47,580 nucleotides of DNA, taken from NCBI GenBank assembly GCA_964472775.1, contig CAYYNJ010000001.1, positions 1-47,580 on the forward strand, written 5' to 3'. A model generated the notes under the pieces. It made no database searches. It was not told the DNA's origin and saw only the letters and a list, made by a program, of their open reading frames with translations. A program made the position numbers and the translations under genes. Origin of the DNA: an uncultured Spirochaetaceae bacterium. Lineage in GTDB: Bacteria > Spirochaetota > Spirochaetia > UBA9216. Below are positions 25,140 through 34,825 of the stretch, piece by piece (within the stretch, counting starts at the first letter, position 1; each line of letters starts with the position of its first letter).

Positions 25140-25924
25140 CCTCTTTCGCTCTTGTCTTTAATAATTTTCTCATAGGCGTTGCGTATTTTCCGGAACGCCT
25201 CTTCCGACTCATTTTTTTGGGTTTCCGTCAGGTGAACCGCCGTATCGGGGTGGAACTGCGCCGCCAGGGTCCGAAAGGTCTGCTTTACCTGTTCCATCGG
25301 GGCGTCCGGGGGCAGCCCCAGCAGGTGATATTCCATATGGGGATTCTCTTCCCGGGGGAGGGGAATGTTCCAGCAGCGGCAGAGACTATGGAGAAACCGG
25401 CGGCTTTCGGCGGTTCTGTCACCCCCTGGAGAAAGGCTGAAGAGAACCTCCGCCACTTTTCTTTTTTCCTCCTCCTTGATCAGAGGCTTAACCATCTCCG
25501 AGACTGTTTCTAGCTGGGGCGGGGGCTGTAAGAAAAGGGCGGCGGCCCGGTCTATTCCCCTCTGGATATCCCGGGTTGGTTCCAGGCAGTTCCGGAGGGC
25601 CCGGGTATAGGGAATTTCCAGGCTGTTCCATCCATCTCCCCCTGCTTTCAGGGCCAGGAAGTACCTTCTTCCCAGAATCATGAGAAGAAACCCGGGTCTT
25701 TCTCCCGGCGGAATTTTTTGGAGAGTCTGGGGGGAAGGTTCTGCCAGGAAAGACCGGGCTGCTTGGAGGATCCGTTTTTCTCCGAGAAATTCATCCCAAA
25801 AGAAGCCCAAGGTCAGTCCGAGCAGGGGGCCGAAGAACCCTATCCTCAGAAGAAGCCCCAGGAAGACGCCTCCTATTTTACCCCGATGACGTGATAAGAA
25901 GCCCTTAATATCTTGGCCCGACAT
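25136..25924 (-). CDS. membrane-anchored J-domain protein (DjlA-like)
   Basis: N-terminal hydrophobic segment. C-terminal J domain [29 protein letters not shown] with an HPD tripeptide. Confidence 0.7.
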   Translation of the reverse strand: MSGQDIKGFLSRHRGKIGGVFLGLLLRIGFFGPLLGLTLGFFWDEFLGEKRILQAARSFLAEPSPQTLQKIPPGERPGFLLMILGRRYFLALKAGGDGWNSLEIPYTRALRNCLEPTRDIQRGIDRAAALFLQPPPQLETVSEMVKPLIKEEEKRKVAEVLFSLSPGGDRTAESRRFLHSLCRCWNIPLPREENPHMEYHLLGLPPDAPMEQVKQTFRTLAAQFHPDTAVHLTETQKNESEEAFRKIRNAYEKIIKDKSERG

Positions 25925-25927
25925 GAC

Positions 25928-27697
25928 TTACCGGTTGTGTTGGAAGGCGAGGTAAATGAAGCTGAGGGTAAAAAGCACGGCCTGAATAATCAGAGAAACA
26001 ATGAGGGCGGCGGTAAATCCCATGCTGTAGAGGGTAAACCCAAGGAAGGTTGTCTGAACCGTGAAATAGATTTCCTCCATCAGCCTCATCAGAAAAGGGA
26101 GGGCGGCGATGAGAAGAATCGTGGCGGCCACGGGTCTTCCGTTGCGTTGACGGTGCCGCCACCCCACCGTGGCCGCCAGGATGGCGGCGATGAAGAAGGT
26201 GAAGGGGTAGAGAATCCGGGTAAGAATTTCCCGGTCCAGGGAGGCGGAAGAAATACCCATGAGGGGAAGGGCTCTGCGGTTCTGCCAGAGGATGAAGAAG
26301 TTCTGGGTTTCAGGCCCCCGGGAATCCATGGCGAGACCCCGGAGCTGGTCACTGGAGAGGCTCAAAGGCAGCACTCCCTCTAAATATTCCGCCGGAGTTC
26401 CTTTTCTGATTTGAGCGGGGTAGAGTAGTTCTCCTTGGTTTTCCGGATCGATACCGTTGAGGATGAGCCGGCCCTGAAGAGATACCGAGGTCTCCGATGA
26501 TCCTTCCATGGATGGAAGAAGCTTTCCAAAGGGGGCGGTAATTTCATAAACCACCCCCTCCGAGGAGAGTCCCACCACCGCCACCCCTTGAGCCATCCAA
26601 TTTCCTGTTTCCGGTAAATCGGGAATGAGCCGGCGGAAGGCGACGTACTCCCTGACGGGGGTTTTCTCCGGCCGGTCTCTTTGGGTGTTGAGAAACATAA
26701 CGTTTTCGTATCCCGGGGTTATCTGGGCCGCTTCGATATCAGAGGAAAAATAGGCCATCCGGAGGGCTTCCCTCCTGCTCAAAGAGAGGTAGGTGGAGAT
26801 ATCCCGATCCTCCGGCAGGTCCCGCTGAACGAGGTAATCCCGGGCTTCCAGAAAGGTGTAGTAGGCCTCTACCGGTTTTCCCCGGCTGAGCAGTTCGGTG
26901 CCTCGTTTTTTCAGGTCAAAGAGTTCCCATCGAACCCGGTCCTCCTTTTCGGGAACGAGGCGGCTTAATTTATCCCAAATGCGGGAGGCCATGGCCCGGG
27001 CTTCTCCCAGGGTAGGATCCACCCGAAAACTGAGATCGCTGTAGTAATAGGCGGAAAATAGATCATCCTGATCCTCAAATTCCTGGGCTTGAAGGAGAAG
27101 CTGCCGGGCCGAAAGCCCCTGGAGGGTTAAAAACGGTTTGTCTTCTTCCCCGTCAACCGAGGAATCGGAGATGCGGTTGGATAGGGTATCCATGCGGTCC
27201 TTCAAATTCCTCTGTTCCCCGGGAATCAGGGCGATGGTTTTTCGAAGGGCCTCCAGGGCTTGGGTATAGCGGCCCGCTTTTTCAAAATCCGCCGCGTCGG
27301 CCTGGTACTGCCGGGCCATGGTTGTCTTTTGGGTGCGGTCAAGCTGACGTGCCTCGGCGCCGGGGGCGGCAAATTCTTGAAGAAGAAACCCCGCTCCCGC
27401 CATAAAAAGAAACAGAACCAGCGACAGCCTTACCATCTTGTAAAACGGCTCGGGGTTATCCGCCGGCCGGGGCGGCCTGAAAAAGAGGGAGAAGGCCAGA
27501 AGAACCCCCGTGGTATGAAGGATCAAAAAATTCCGGCAGAAAAGAAGCAGGGCGTTGTCGCCAATCCAGCCCCGGCGGAAAAAGAAATCGACACCTTCAG
27601 GAGCGAAGGAGAATACCGAATATCCCAGGAAAAACAAATACCCGGCCAGAAACAGCAACGCGGTAACCACGAGAACTTTAAGGGGCATCTTAAGCAT
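25928..27697 (-). CDS. integral membrane protein, 3+3 TM with a large TPR-like extracytoplasmic insert (LptF/LptG-like topology, tentative)
   Basis: Hydrophobic helices at both ends. The central ~380 aa contain TPR-like helical repeats. Overlaps the upstream gene by 8 nt. Confidence 0.4.
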   Translation of the reverse strand: MLKMPLKVLVVTALLFLAGYLFFLGYSVFSFAPEGVDFFFRRGWIGDNALLLFCRNFLILHTTGVLLAFSLFFRPPRPADNPEPFYKMVRLSLVLFLFMAGAGFLLQEFAAPGAEARQLDRTQKTTMARQYQADAADFEKAGRYTQALEALRKTIALIPGEQRNLKDRMDTLSNRISDSSVDGEEDKPFLTLQGLSARQLLLQAQEFEDQDDLFSAYYYSDLSFRVDPTLGEARAMASRIWDKLSRLVPEKEDRVRWELFDLKKRGTELLSRGKPVEAYYTFLEARDYLVQRDLPEDRDISTYLSLSRREALRMAYFSSDIEAAQITPGYENVMFLNTQRDRPEKTPVREYVAFRRLIPDLPETGNWMAQGVAVVGLSSEGVVYEITAPFGKLLPSMEGSSETSVSLQGRLILNGIDPENQGELLYPAQIRKGTPAEYLEGVLPLSLSSDQLRGLAMDSRGPETQNFFILWQNRRALPLMGISSASLDREILTRILYPFTFFIAAILAATVGWRHRQRNGRPVAATILLIAALPFLMRLMEEIYFTVQTTFLGFTLYSMGFTAALIVSLIIQAVLFTLSFIYLAFQHNR

Positions 27698-28673
27698 CCT
27701 CTTCCTCCCGGAATCGGCGGTTATAGGGGATGAAGAGAAGATCTATCAAGAGAAGCACCGCCCCCGCCGCCCCCAGGGCCAGGAATGGCAACAGGGGGAG
27801 GGGCAGTTGAAGCGGCAGGAGGGCCACGGCCTCTTCGGCTAATTCACTGGAAAATACCCTGTAGATTGATCCGGACAGCCGGAGAAGAAGGAATACCGCG
27901 AAAAGGTTAAACAGGTTCCAGCGGCTGATCCGGATGAACCCCCAGCAGCTCACCAGGTAAAAAGCCGCGGCTGTCAGGGCCGTCAGCATACTAAGCCCGG
28001 GGGTAATGGTTTTAAGCCCCTCACCGAGAGCCAGAAAGTCGGTTAAAAACGGCCGGTCCTTTTCAGGATTGCCGTAGGAGTAGCCCCTCTCAAACGGGAG
28101 GGATAGCTCTCCGCTTCCGGCCCCGCCGGTTAGACTGAGAAAGTCGGGGGAAATGGTCCCTGCCTGAAAGTAGTGGAGCCGGAAATCAGGACTTGTCAGG
28201 GGGATGAGAACCTCTTGAAGCTCGTCTCCTTCACCAGCCTCTGCAAGAACCGGAACCAGGCCGCCCTGGAGGGGGATTTTCTGAATTCCTTCGGAGCGCC
28301 AGAGGATGGTCTGAGTTTCCTCCAGGCAGGACTCACGGTTTAACCGGGGAATAAACCGGGTACCCCCCAGAAGGACCAGAAAAACAGCGGTGAAGAGGAA
28401 AATAAAGGTGAGAACCCGAATCCCCCCCCGCTTACGCAGGCGGACGATGGTGAGAAACAATCCCAGCGACACAATTAAGGGCATGTGATGCGGAAGACTG
28501 ATAACCATCTGCCGGATCAAACAGGAGAGGGAAAAGTCGCCTCCCGCCGCTCCCACCGATGCCGCCGTTTCCATGCCGATGAAAAAACATACCAGCAAAA
28601 GAAATATGAGACTGAAGAAAAGGAAAAAAAGAGGGGCCAGTAGGGAATTTTTCATCTGGTAAAATCCTATCAC
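27690..28673 (-). CDS. integral membrane protein, 3+3 TM topology (LptF/LptG-like, tentative)
   Basis: 327 aa. Three N-terminal and three C-terminal hydrophobic segments flank a ~130-aa soluble domain. Confidence 0.4.
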   Translation of the reverse strand: MIGFYQMKNSLLAPLFFLFFSLIFLLLVCFFIGMETAASVGAAGGDFSLSCLIRQMVISLPHHMPLIVSLGLFLTIVRLRKRGGIRVLTFIFLFTAVFLVLLGGTRFIPRLNRESCLEETQTILWRSEGIQKIPLQGGLVPVLAEAGEGDELQEVLIPLTSPDFRLHYFQAGTISPDFLSLTGGAGSGELSLPFERGYSYGNPEKDRPFLTDFLALGEGLKTITPGLSMLTALTAAAFYLVSCWGFIRISRWNLFNLFAVFLLLRLSGSIYRVFSSELAEEAVALLPLQLPLPLLPFLALGAAGAVLLLIDLLFIPYNRRFREEEDA

Positions 28674-28712
28674 GGGCCCTAAGGGAATGCAAGCATTCCT
28701 TATTCATCTGTT

Positions 28713-28866
28713 AAGGGTCCTTTTGGCGAAACGGCGCCCTCTGGTGAACGAATCCTTCCGAGGAAGACCCTCCGGGCTCAGGAAAAATCGCCCGGAGGGT
28801 CCTCCTCTGCGTCTTCGTTCGCCCCTGGAACGGCTCACCAAAAGGGCCCTCCTCTGCGTCTTCATT
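28713..28866. repeat. palindromic intergenic repeat, copy B, with a partial tandem duplication of its right arm
   Basis: Central hairpin GACCCTCCGGGC-TCAGGAAAAATC-GCCCGGAGGGTC. Arms GAACGAA/TTCGTTC and GGGTCCTTTTGG/CCAAAAGGGCCC. 20-nt repeat GGG(T/C)CCTCCTCTGCGTCTTC at 28797 and 28844. Confidence 0.65.
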
Positions 28867-30460
28867 TCTCCAGGCTGGCTTTAATGAAGCTGGAGAAAAG
28901 GGGGTGGGGCTTCAGGGGCCGGCTGGTGAACTCGGGGTGGAATTGAACCCCCGTACTCCAACGGTGCTTAGGCCACTGCACCGATTCCACCAGACCGTTT
29001 CCAGGCGTTACCGCGGAGATAATCAGGCCCGCTTCTTCCAGTATGTCCCTGTATTTAACCGATACTTCGTAGCGGTGCCGGTGTCGTTCATGGATCAGGG
29101 GTTTTCCGTAGCTTTCCCGGATTAAGGTGCCGTCTTTCAGATGAGTTTCCCCTTTTCCCAGTCTCATGGTGCCGCCGAAGTCTTTCACATCTTCCTGTTC
29201 TTCCAAAAGGCTCACCACGGGGGCGGGTGATTCGGGGTGGAATTCGGTACTGTTGGCCCCCTCTAATTCCGCCACATTCCGGGCGTATTCAATGACCATA
29301 ATCTGCATACCCAGACATATGCCCAGGAGAGGAATGTTGTTGATTCTGGCGTATTCGGCGGATCGGATCATCCCTTCGATGCCCCGCTTACCGAAGCCTC
29401 CGGGGATCAGAATACCGTCGATGTCTTGGAAGACCTCGGCCAGGTTTTCCTGGCTTTCCAGTTCTTCCGCATCTACCCGGATGATTTCTACCCGGCACTT
29501 GTTGGCGATGCCGGCATGAAAAAGTGCTTCGTTCACCGATTTGTAGGAGTCCGCCAGGTTGATGTATTTTCCTACCATGGCGATTCGGGCGGTGGTTTGG
29601 GCGGTGAGAAAGGTGTTGACCATTTTCTCCCAGTTGGAGATATTCGCCTTGCCCGGGGTAAGGGACAGTTTTTGGAAAATGATTTCATGAAGGCCCTGTT
29701 TCAGGTAGATCAGGGGGATTTCATAGATGGTGGTATCCACGTCATAGGCGGAGATGATGGAGTTGCGGTTTACATTGGTGAAGAGGGCGATCTTCTTCTT
29801 CATGTCTTCGTCCAGCTCGCTGGGGGCACGGCAGAGGAGAATATCGGGTTGGATTCCGATCTCCCGCAGTTCCTTCACCGAGTGCTGGGTGGGTTTGGTT
29901 TTCAGCTCCTCTCCGGCCACTAGGGGCACCAGGGTGAGGTGAACGAATAAAACGTGATCTTCCCCTATGTCATGAAGAAACTGCCGGGCCGCTTCGAGGA
30001 AGGGCACTGATTCTATATCCCCCACCGTACCGCCCACTTCAATTATGGTTACTTCCGCCGCATTTTCGTCGGCGGCGTGGACGATGCGCCGTTTGATTTC
30101 ATCGGTGATGTGGGGAATCATCTGCACCGTCCGGCCCAGATACTTTCCTTCCCTCTCTCGTTGGATCACTTCCTGGTAGATCTGGCCGGTGGTGATGGTA
30201 TTCCTTCGTCCCACCGGTGAACTGGTGAACCGGAAGTAGTTTCCCAGGTCCAGGTCGGTTTCGGCCCCGTCGTCGGTGACGTAGACTTCCCCGTGTTGGT
30301 AGGGACTCATGGTCCCGGCATCCACATTCAGATAAGGGTCAATTTTGACCATACACACCTTAACCCCGTGCCCTTCCAAAAGGGCACCGATAGATGCCGC
30401 TGCCAGCCCCTTTCCGAGGCTCGAGCAAACACCGCCTGTGACAAAAATGTATTTCTTCAT
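28862..30460 (-). CDS. pyrG: CTP synthase
   Basis: 532 aa. MKKYIFVTGGVCSSLGKG start. Glutaminase GICLGMQ and HRHRYEV motifs. Confidence 0.97.
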   Translation of the reverse strand: MKKYIFVTGGVCSSLGKGLAAASIGALLEGHGVKVCMVKIDPYLNVDAGTMSPYQHGEVYVTDDGAETDLDLGNYFRFTSSPVGRRNTITTGQIYQEVIQREREGKYLGRTVQMIPHITDEIKRRIVHAADENAAEVTIIEVGGTVGDIESVPFLEAARQFLHDIGEDHVLFVHLTLVPLVAGEELKTKPTQHSVKELREIGIQPDILLCRAPSELDEDMKKKIALFTNVNRNSIISAYDVDTTIYEIPLIYLKQGLHEIIFQKLSLTPGKANISNWEKMVNTFLTAQTTARIAMVGKYINLADSYKSVNEALFHAGIANKCRVEIIRVDAEELESQENLAEVFQDIDGILIPGGFGKRGIEGMIRSAEYARINNIPLLGICLGMQIMVIEYARNVAELEGANSTEFHPESPAPVVSLLEEQEDVKDFGGTMRLGKGETHLKDGTLIRESYGKPLIHERHRHRYEVSVKYRDILEEAGLIISAVTPGNGLVESVQWPKHRWSTGVQFHPEFTSRPLKPHPLFSSFIKASLEK

Positions 30461-30636
30461 GTAACGGAATTATCCTCGGATCAAGGGGGTTAGTCAAACC
30501 CACCAAAGCCATTTCGGCGGTTGAAAGATCCCTTGATGAAAAATTGAATGGGGGAGCCCAACGGTTTAACCGAATTCTAACAAAGAGATAACAGAAGGGA
30601 CATATAATACCCTTAGCTTGTCACCAGGAGAATACC

Positions 30637-31287
30637 ATGACTCGAAAACATTTTTCCGACGCTTTGACGGCGGTGAACGACGAAATTTTAAAAATGGGCG
30701 TGATGGTGGAAGAAGCCCTGAGGGATGCGGTGACCTCCCTTAAAAACCAGGATGCCCGGAAGGCTCAACTGGTTATTGACCGGGATGAGGCGGTGAACGC
30801 CAAAGAGATGGCCCTCTTTGACCGGGTCACCACCCTGCTGGCCACGGAACAACCCGTGGCGGGAGACCTGCGTCATCTCATCGGAGCGGTGCGGATCGTC
30901 ACCGATTTGGAGCGGGCGGGGGACTACGCGGTGCATATCGCCGAGGGAACCCTCCACCTTCAGGGGGAGGTGTATCTCAATCCCCTGACGGTGATCCCCG
31001 CCATGGGGGAGATAGCCGTTGAGATGCTTCAGAAGGCCATCAAGGCGTTTTTAGACGAGGATACCGAGGCGGCCATCGAGACCGCCGCCCTGGACCGGAA
31101 GATGGACGCCTTATACGCCCAGATTTTCGAGGTTCTTCTCCCCCATATGAGGGAAAACCCCGAAGATGTCAAACAATCTACAGAGCTTCTCTTTTTGGCC
31201 CGGTACCTGGAGCGGATGGGCGATCATGTGGTGAATATTTGTGAATGGATCGTCTATTGTCAGTCGGGAAAACACGTGGAGCTTTGA
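30637..31287 (+). CDS. phoU: phosphate signalling regulator PhoU
   Basis: 216 aa with two PhoU repeats (DLERAGDYAVHIAE and YLERMGDHVVNICE). Confidence 0.9.
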   Translation: MTRKHFSDALTAVNDEILKMGVMVEEALRDAVTSLKNQDARKAQLVIDRDEAVNAKEMALFDRVTTLLATEQPVAGDLRHLIGAVRIVTDLERAGDYAVHIAEGTLHLQGEVYLNPLTVIPAMGEIAVEMLQKAIKAFLDEDTEAAIETAALDRKMDALYAQIFEVLLPHMRENPEDVKQSTELLFLARYLERMGDHVVNICEWIVYCQSGKHVEL

Positions 31288-31363
31288 ATAATCTGTTAAA
31301 CTATCAGGAGAGAGGGTTTCTAGAACCTCTGATTTTTACATTTTCCGGGAGGAGAGAAGCATA

Positions 31364-32053
31364 ATGGCGGGGGAATCCCTTTTGGTGGTGGAGGATGAAC
31401 AGGATATATTGAATCTTCTGGCCTATAACCTTGAGAATGCGGGGTATTCGGTTCATAAGGCCGGTACGGGTTCTCAAGGGGTGGTAAAGGCCCGGGAACA
31501 TCTTCCTGACCTTATTCTTCTGGATCTGATGCTTCCCGATTTTGACGGCATGGAGGTGTGCCGCCGACTGCGGCAGGATCCCAAGACCCAGGACATTCCC
31601 ATCATCATGCTCACCGCTAAATCAGAGGATGAGGACATTGTTCACGGTCTGGAGGCGGGAGCCAACGATTACGTCACGAAACCTTTCAGCCCTAAAGTTC
31701 TGGAAGCACGGATCAAGAACGTCCTGAGGCGCCGAAACGAAAAACCCGGGGATACCGTCTCGGTGATCTCTCACCGGGGTTTGGAGATAGATAAGGCCCG
31801 CCACGAGGTGAAGTGCCGGGGCGAAGAAGTGGTTCTTTCCGCCACGGAGTTTGCCATCCTCTACCATCTGGCGGGACACCCGGGCTGGGTATTCTCCCGG
31901 AATCAGATCATCGATGCCGTAAAGGGCCAGAACTATCCCGTCACCGAGCGGTCGGTGGATGTGCAGATTTTGGGCATCAGGAAGAAACTGGGGGATACGG
32001 GCCAGTACATTGAGACCATCCGCGGGGTGGGGTACCGGTTTAAGGGGGAGTAG
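31364..32053 (+). CDS. OmpR/PhoB-family response regulator
   Basis: REC domain (LLVVEDE..., DLILLDLMLPDFDG, TAK, KPF) plus a winged-helix output (TIRGVGYRF). Confidence 0.9.
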   Translation: MAGESLLVVEDEQDILNLLAYNLENAGYSVHKAGTGSQGVVKAREHLPDLILLDLMLPDFDGMEVCRRLRQDPKTQDIPIIMLTAKSEDEDIVHGLEAGANDYVTKPFSPKVLEARIKNVLRRRNEKPGDTVSVISHRGLEIDKARHEVKCRGEEVVLSATEFAILYHLAGHPGWVFSRNQIIDAVKGQNYPVTERSVDVQILGIRKKLGDTGQYIETIRGVGYRFKGE

Positions 32054-33835
32054 GTGAAGCGAAAAACCCTGCTTTTCCAGCTCTTCTCTTTTCAGATCGT
32101 TCTTTTGGTAATATCCCTGGGGGTTATTACCGGGCTTTTCATCCAAAGCACCCGTTCCTTCTACTACCGGGAGCGCCGGGCCGACCTGGAGTCGGTGACC
32201 TTGTTTGTTCACAATCTTTTAGCGGCGCAGGGATTTCCCGATTCCCCCGAAGAGGCCCGTTTCTACAGTGACGGCTTGGCCCGGGACACCCAGATCAGGA
32301 TCACCCTTATCCTGCCCGACGGGACCGTGGTGGCCGATTCTGAGGAAGACCCTGCCGCCATGGGAAACCATGCGGGCCGGCCGGAAATTATGGACGCCCT
32401 GCGGGGACGGCGGGGCTACTCCCTGCGCTACAGCGCCACCCTGGACCGGACCATGATGTATACCGCCCTGGCGGTGAGGGGCGAAGACGGCCTGTCCGGT
32501 GTCATCAGGGCCTCCTTTCCCGGGGATACCATCAACGACCGCATGGCGTCTCTCTACCTTCGTGCCGCCCTGGCGGGATTCGTCATTATGGGAACCGCCG
32601 TGGCGGTCAGCGGTTTTACCGCCCGCCGTTTAAGCCAGACGGTCAGGGCTTTGAAAGAGGCGGCGGTCCGGTACGCCCGGGAAGATTTCAACTATCCCCT
32701 GGTTCAGGACGGGCCGGTGGAACTGAAGGAAACCGGAGATGCCCTGCGCGCCATGGGGCAGCAGCTTAAGACCCGGCTTGCCACCATCCGGGACCAGAAA
32801 AAAGAGCTCCAGACCATTTTGGATAATATGGATGAGCCGGTGGTTTTTACCGACCGTCTGATCCACATTATCAAACTCAACAGCGCCGCCGAAGCACTTT
32901 TTCAATGTTCCGACCGGGAGAGCCGGGGGAAGAACCTGCTGGAGATTTTCCGTAATTCCGAGATGCACAGTTTTGCCGAGGGGATTCTGGAGGATGCCCG
33001 GGAGGCGGACAAGGAACTCTGTATCGAGGAGGCCGGAGGACGTACCTTCGAGGTCCACGGAACACCCCTGACGGAGGAGGTTCCGGGCGGATCCGGGCGG
33101 GAAGAGGGCGGTCTTTTACTGGTGTTCCACGACATCAGTCAGCGTAAGAAGCTGGAGGTGCTGAGAAAGGAGTTTGTGGCCAGTGTCTCCCACGAACTAA
33201 AAACTCCGGTGACCAACATCAAGGGGTATGTGGAGACCCTGCTGTCGGCGGAGGCTCTCTCCGGTCCCCAACCGCACCAGTTTCTTGAGATCATCGCCAA
33301 ACATACCAACCGGTTAAGCGCCATCATCGACGATCTTCTGACCCTGTCGGAGATCGAAAACACCGGTAAATCCGAGATCGTCAAGGAGCCGGTTCTAGCT
33401 CGAGACCTTCTTTCCAGCGTTCAGTGGGTCTGTTCTCCCCGGGCGGATCTTAAGGGGATTTCCCTGAAGGTTCAGTGTCCCCCGGATCTGGTTCTGACGG
33501 TTCATCCTTTGTTGGCGGAACAGGCGGTGCTCAACCTGGTGGATAACGCCATTAAGTACAGCGGCGAGGGCACTGAGGTGGCCATTACCGCCCTGGGAAG
33601 CGGAGAAACCGGGGGTGGGGCGGTTACCGTGGCGGATCAAGGGCCGGGAATCCCCGAGGCGGATTTGGAGAGAATCTTTGAACGGTTCTACACCGTCGAT
33701 AAGGCGCGAAGCCGCCAGGTGGGCGGCACCGGTTTGGGCTTGTCGATAGTTAAACATATTGCCCTGGTTCACGGCGGATGGGTTTCGGTGAAGAGCCAAT
33801 GGGGCCGGGGAAGCCTCTTCAGGATTGATTTTTAA
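32054..33835 (+). CDS. PhoR-like sensor histidine kinase (TM-HAMP-PAS-HisKA-HATPase)
   Basis: H-box FVASVSHELKTPVTNIKGY, N-box NLVDNAIKYS, G-boxes DQGPGI and GGTGLGLSIV. GTG start abuts the regulator stop. Confidence 0.9.
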   Translation: MKRKTLLFQLFSFQIVLLVISLGVITGLFIQSTRSFYYRERRADLESVTLFVHNLLAAQGFPDSPEEARFYSDGLARDTQIRITLILPDGTVVADSEEDPAAMGNHAGRPEIMDALRGRRGYSLRYSATLDRTMMYTALAVRGEDGLSGVIRASFPGDTINDRMASLYLRAALAGFVIMGTAVAVSGFTARRLSQTVRALKEAAVRYAREDFNYPLVQDGPVELKETGDALRAMGQQLKTRLATIRDQKKELQTILDNMDEPVVFTDRLIHIIKLNSAAEALFQCSDRESRGKNLLEIFRNSEMHSFAEGILEDAREADKELCIEEAGGRTFEVHGTPLTEEVPGGSGREEGGLLLVFHDISQRKKLEVLRKEFVASVSHELKTPVTNIKGYVETLLSAEALSGPQPHQFLEIIAKHTNRLSAIIDDLLTLSEIENTGKSEIVKEPVLARDLLSSVQWVCSPRADLKGISLKVQCPPDLVLTVHPLLAEQAVLNLVDNAIKYSGEGTEVAITALGSGETGGGAVTVADQGPGIPEADLERIFERFYTVDKARSRQVGGTGLGLSIVKHIALVHGGWVSVKSQWGRGSLFRIDF

Positions 33836-33895
33836 CGGGAAATCCTTTATGTTTCTGCTGCGCTGGTAGTTTTTTTGTTACCCACAGGAGAGAAA

Positions 33896-34825
33896 ATGAC
33901 CCCTTCCAAGTGGATTCCCGTGAAGAAATCCCATTTAAAGTACTACACGGCTATTGAGCTTTACTACAAAGCCCCATCTGGAAATATCCTCCTCTACAAA
34001 CCCAAGGGGATGCCCTTCACCGACGAGAGCCTCAGTTCGAAATCTTACCTGGGGGACCTTTTCGTCAAGCAGGAAGACCGCATCGCCTGCCTCCAGGCGG
34101 CCCAGAAGGGATTTAATAAACAGCTGGCCAACGACATTCGTTCTAAGGACCTGGCAGAGATAAAGACGTCTCTCCTTTCCATCGTGGGGGACACCCTGGC
34201 GGAACCCCGGTCCGGCGGGCTCAAGGCCATGGGAGAGACGGTTCAGGCGGTGTTGGACGGTTTTTCCAGCAAGAAGGATGTTATCAGAAGTCTGGTAAAG
34301 ATCTCTTTTAAGGACTACACCACGGCGGTTCATTCGGTGAACGTAATGGCCTTGATGGTGGGCTACTGCTACTATTCCCGGAAAGACGAAGAAACCACCC
34401 GCCGGTACGGCCTGGCCGCCCTTCTTCACGATGTGGGGAAAATCGATATTCCCGATGCTATCCTCACCGCTCCCCGGCCCCTGGAGGAAGCGGAATTTGA
34501 AACCATGAAGACCCACACGTCCATCGGGGCAGATATTTTAGATGCCTACTCAGAGCCTGAGATAAAGGCCGCCCGGCTGGGCTGTCTGGAACACCACGAA
34601 AAGCTGGACGGTTCGGGCTACCCCACCGGAAAATCCCATATTTCAGAGTGCGGCCGAATACTCAGCATCATCGACTGTTACGAGGCGGTGACCAACGATA
34701 ACCGCCCCTATAGAACCGCCATGAACCCGATCCACGCCCTGGAGCTGATCAAGAAGGATGTGGATGCCAAGAAATTCGACCGGGCTATCTTCAAAGATTT
34801 TGCCTACAGCCTGGCGGACTATTAG
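33896..34825 (+). CDS. HD-GYP domain c-di-GMP phosphodiesterase
   Basis: ALLHDVGKIDIP and HHEKLDGSGYPTG are intact. The ATG at 33896 is preceded by GGAGAG. Confidence 0.85.
   Translation: MTPSKWIPVKKSHLKYYTAIELYYKAPSGNILLYKPKGMPFTDESLSSKSYLGDLFVKQEDRIACLQAAQKGFNKQLANDIRSKDLAEIKTSLLSIVGDTLAEPRSGGLKAMGETVQAVLDGFSSKKDVIRSLVKISFKDYTTAVHSVNVMALMVGYCYYSRKDEETTRRYGLAALLHDVGKIDIPDAILTAPRPLEEAEFETMKTHTSIGADILDAYSEPEIKAARLGCLEHHEKLDGSGYPTGKSHISECGRILSIIDCYEAVTNDNRPYRTAMNPIHALELIKKDVDAKKFDRAIFKDFAYSLADY

Noticed and set aside
18570-28866. CRISPR array formed by the repeated hairpins.
   Set aside because: The copies are kilobases apart, differ in length, are separated by genes, and are far longer than CRISPR repeats. 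No cas genes are present.
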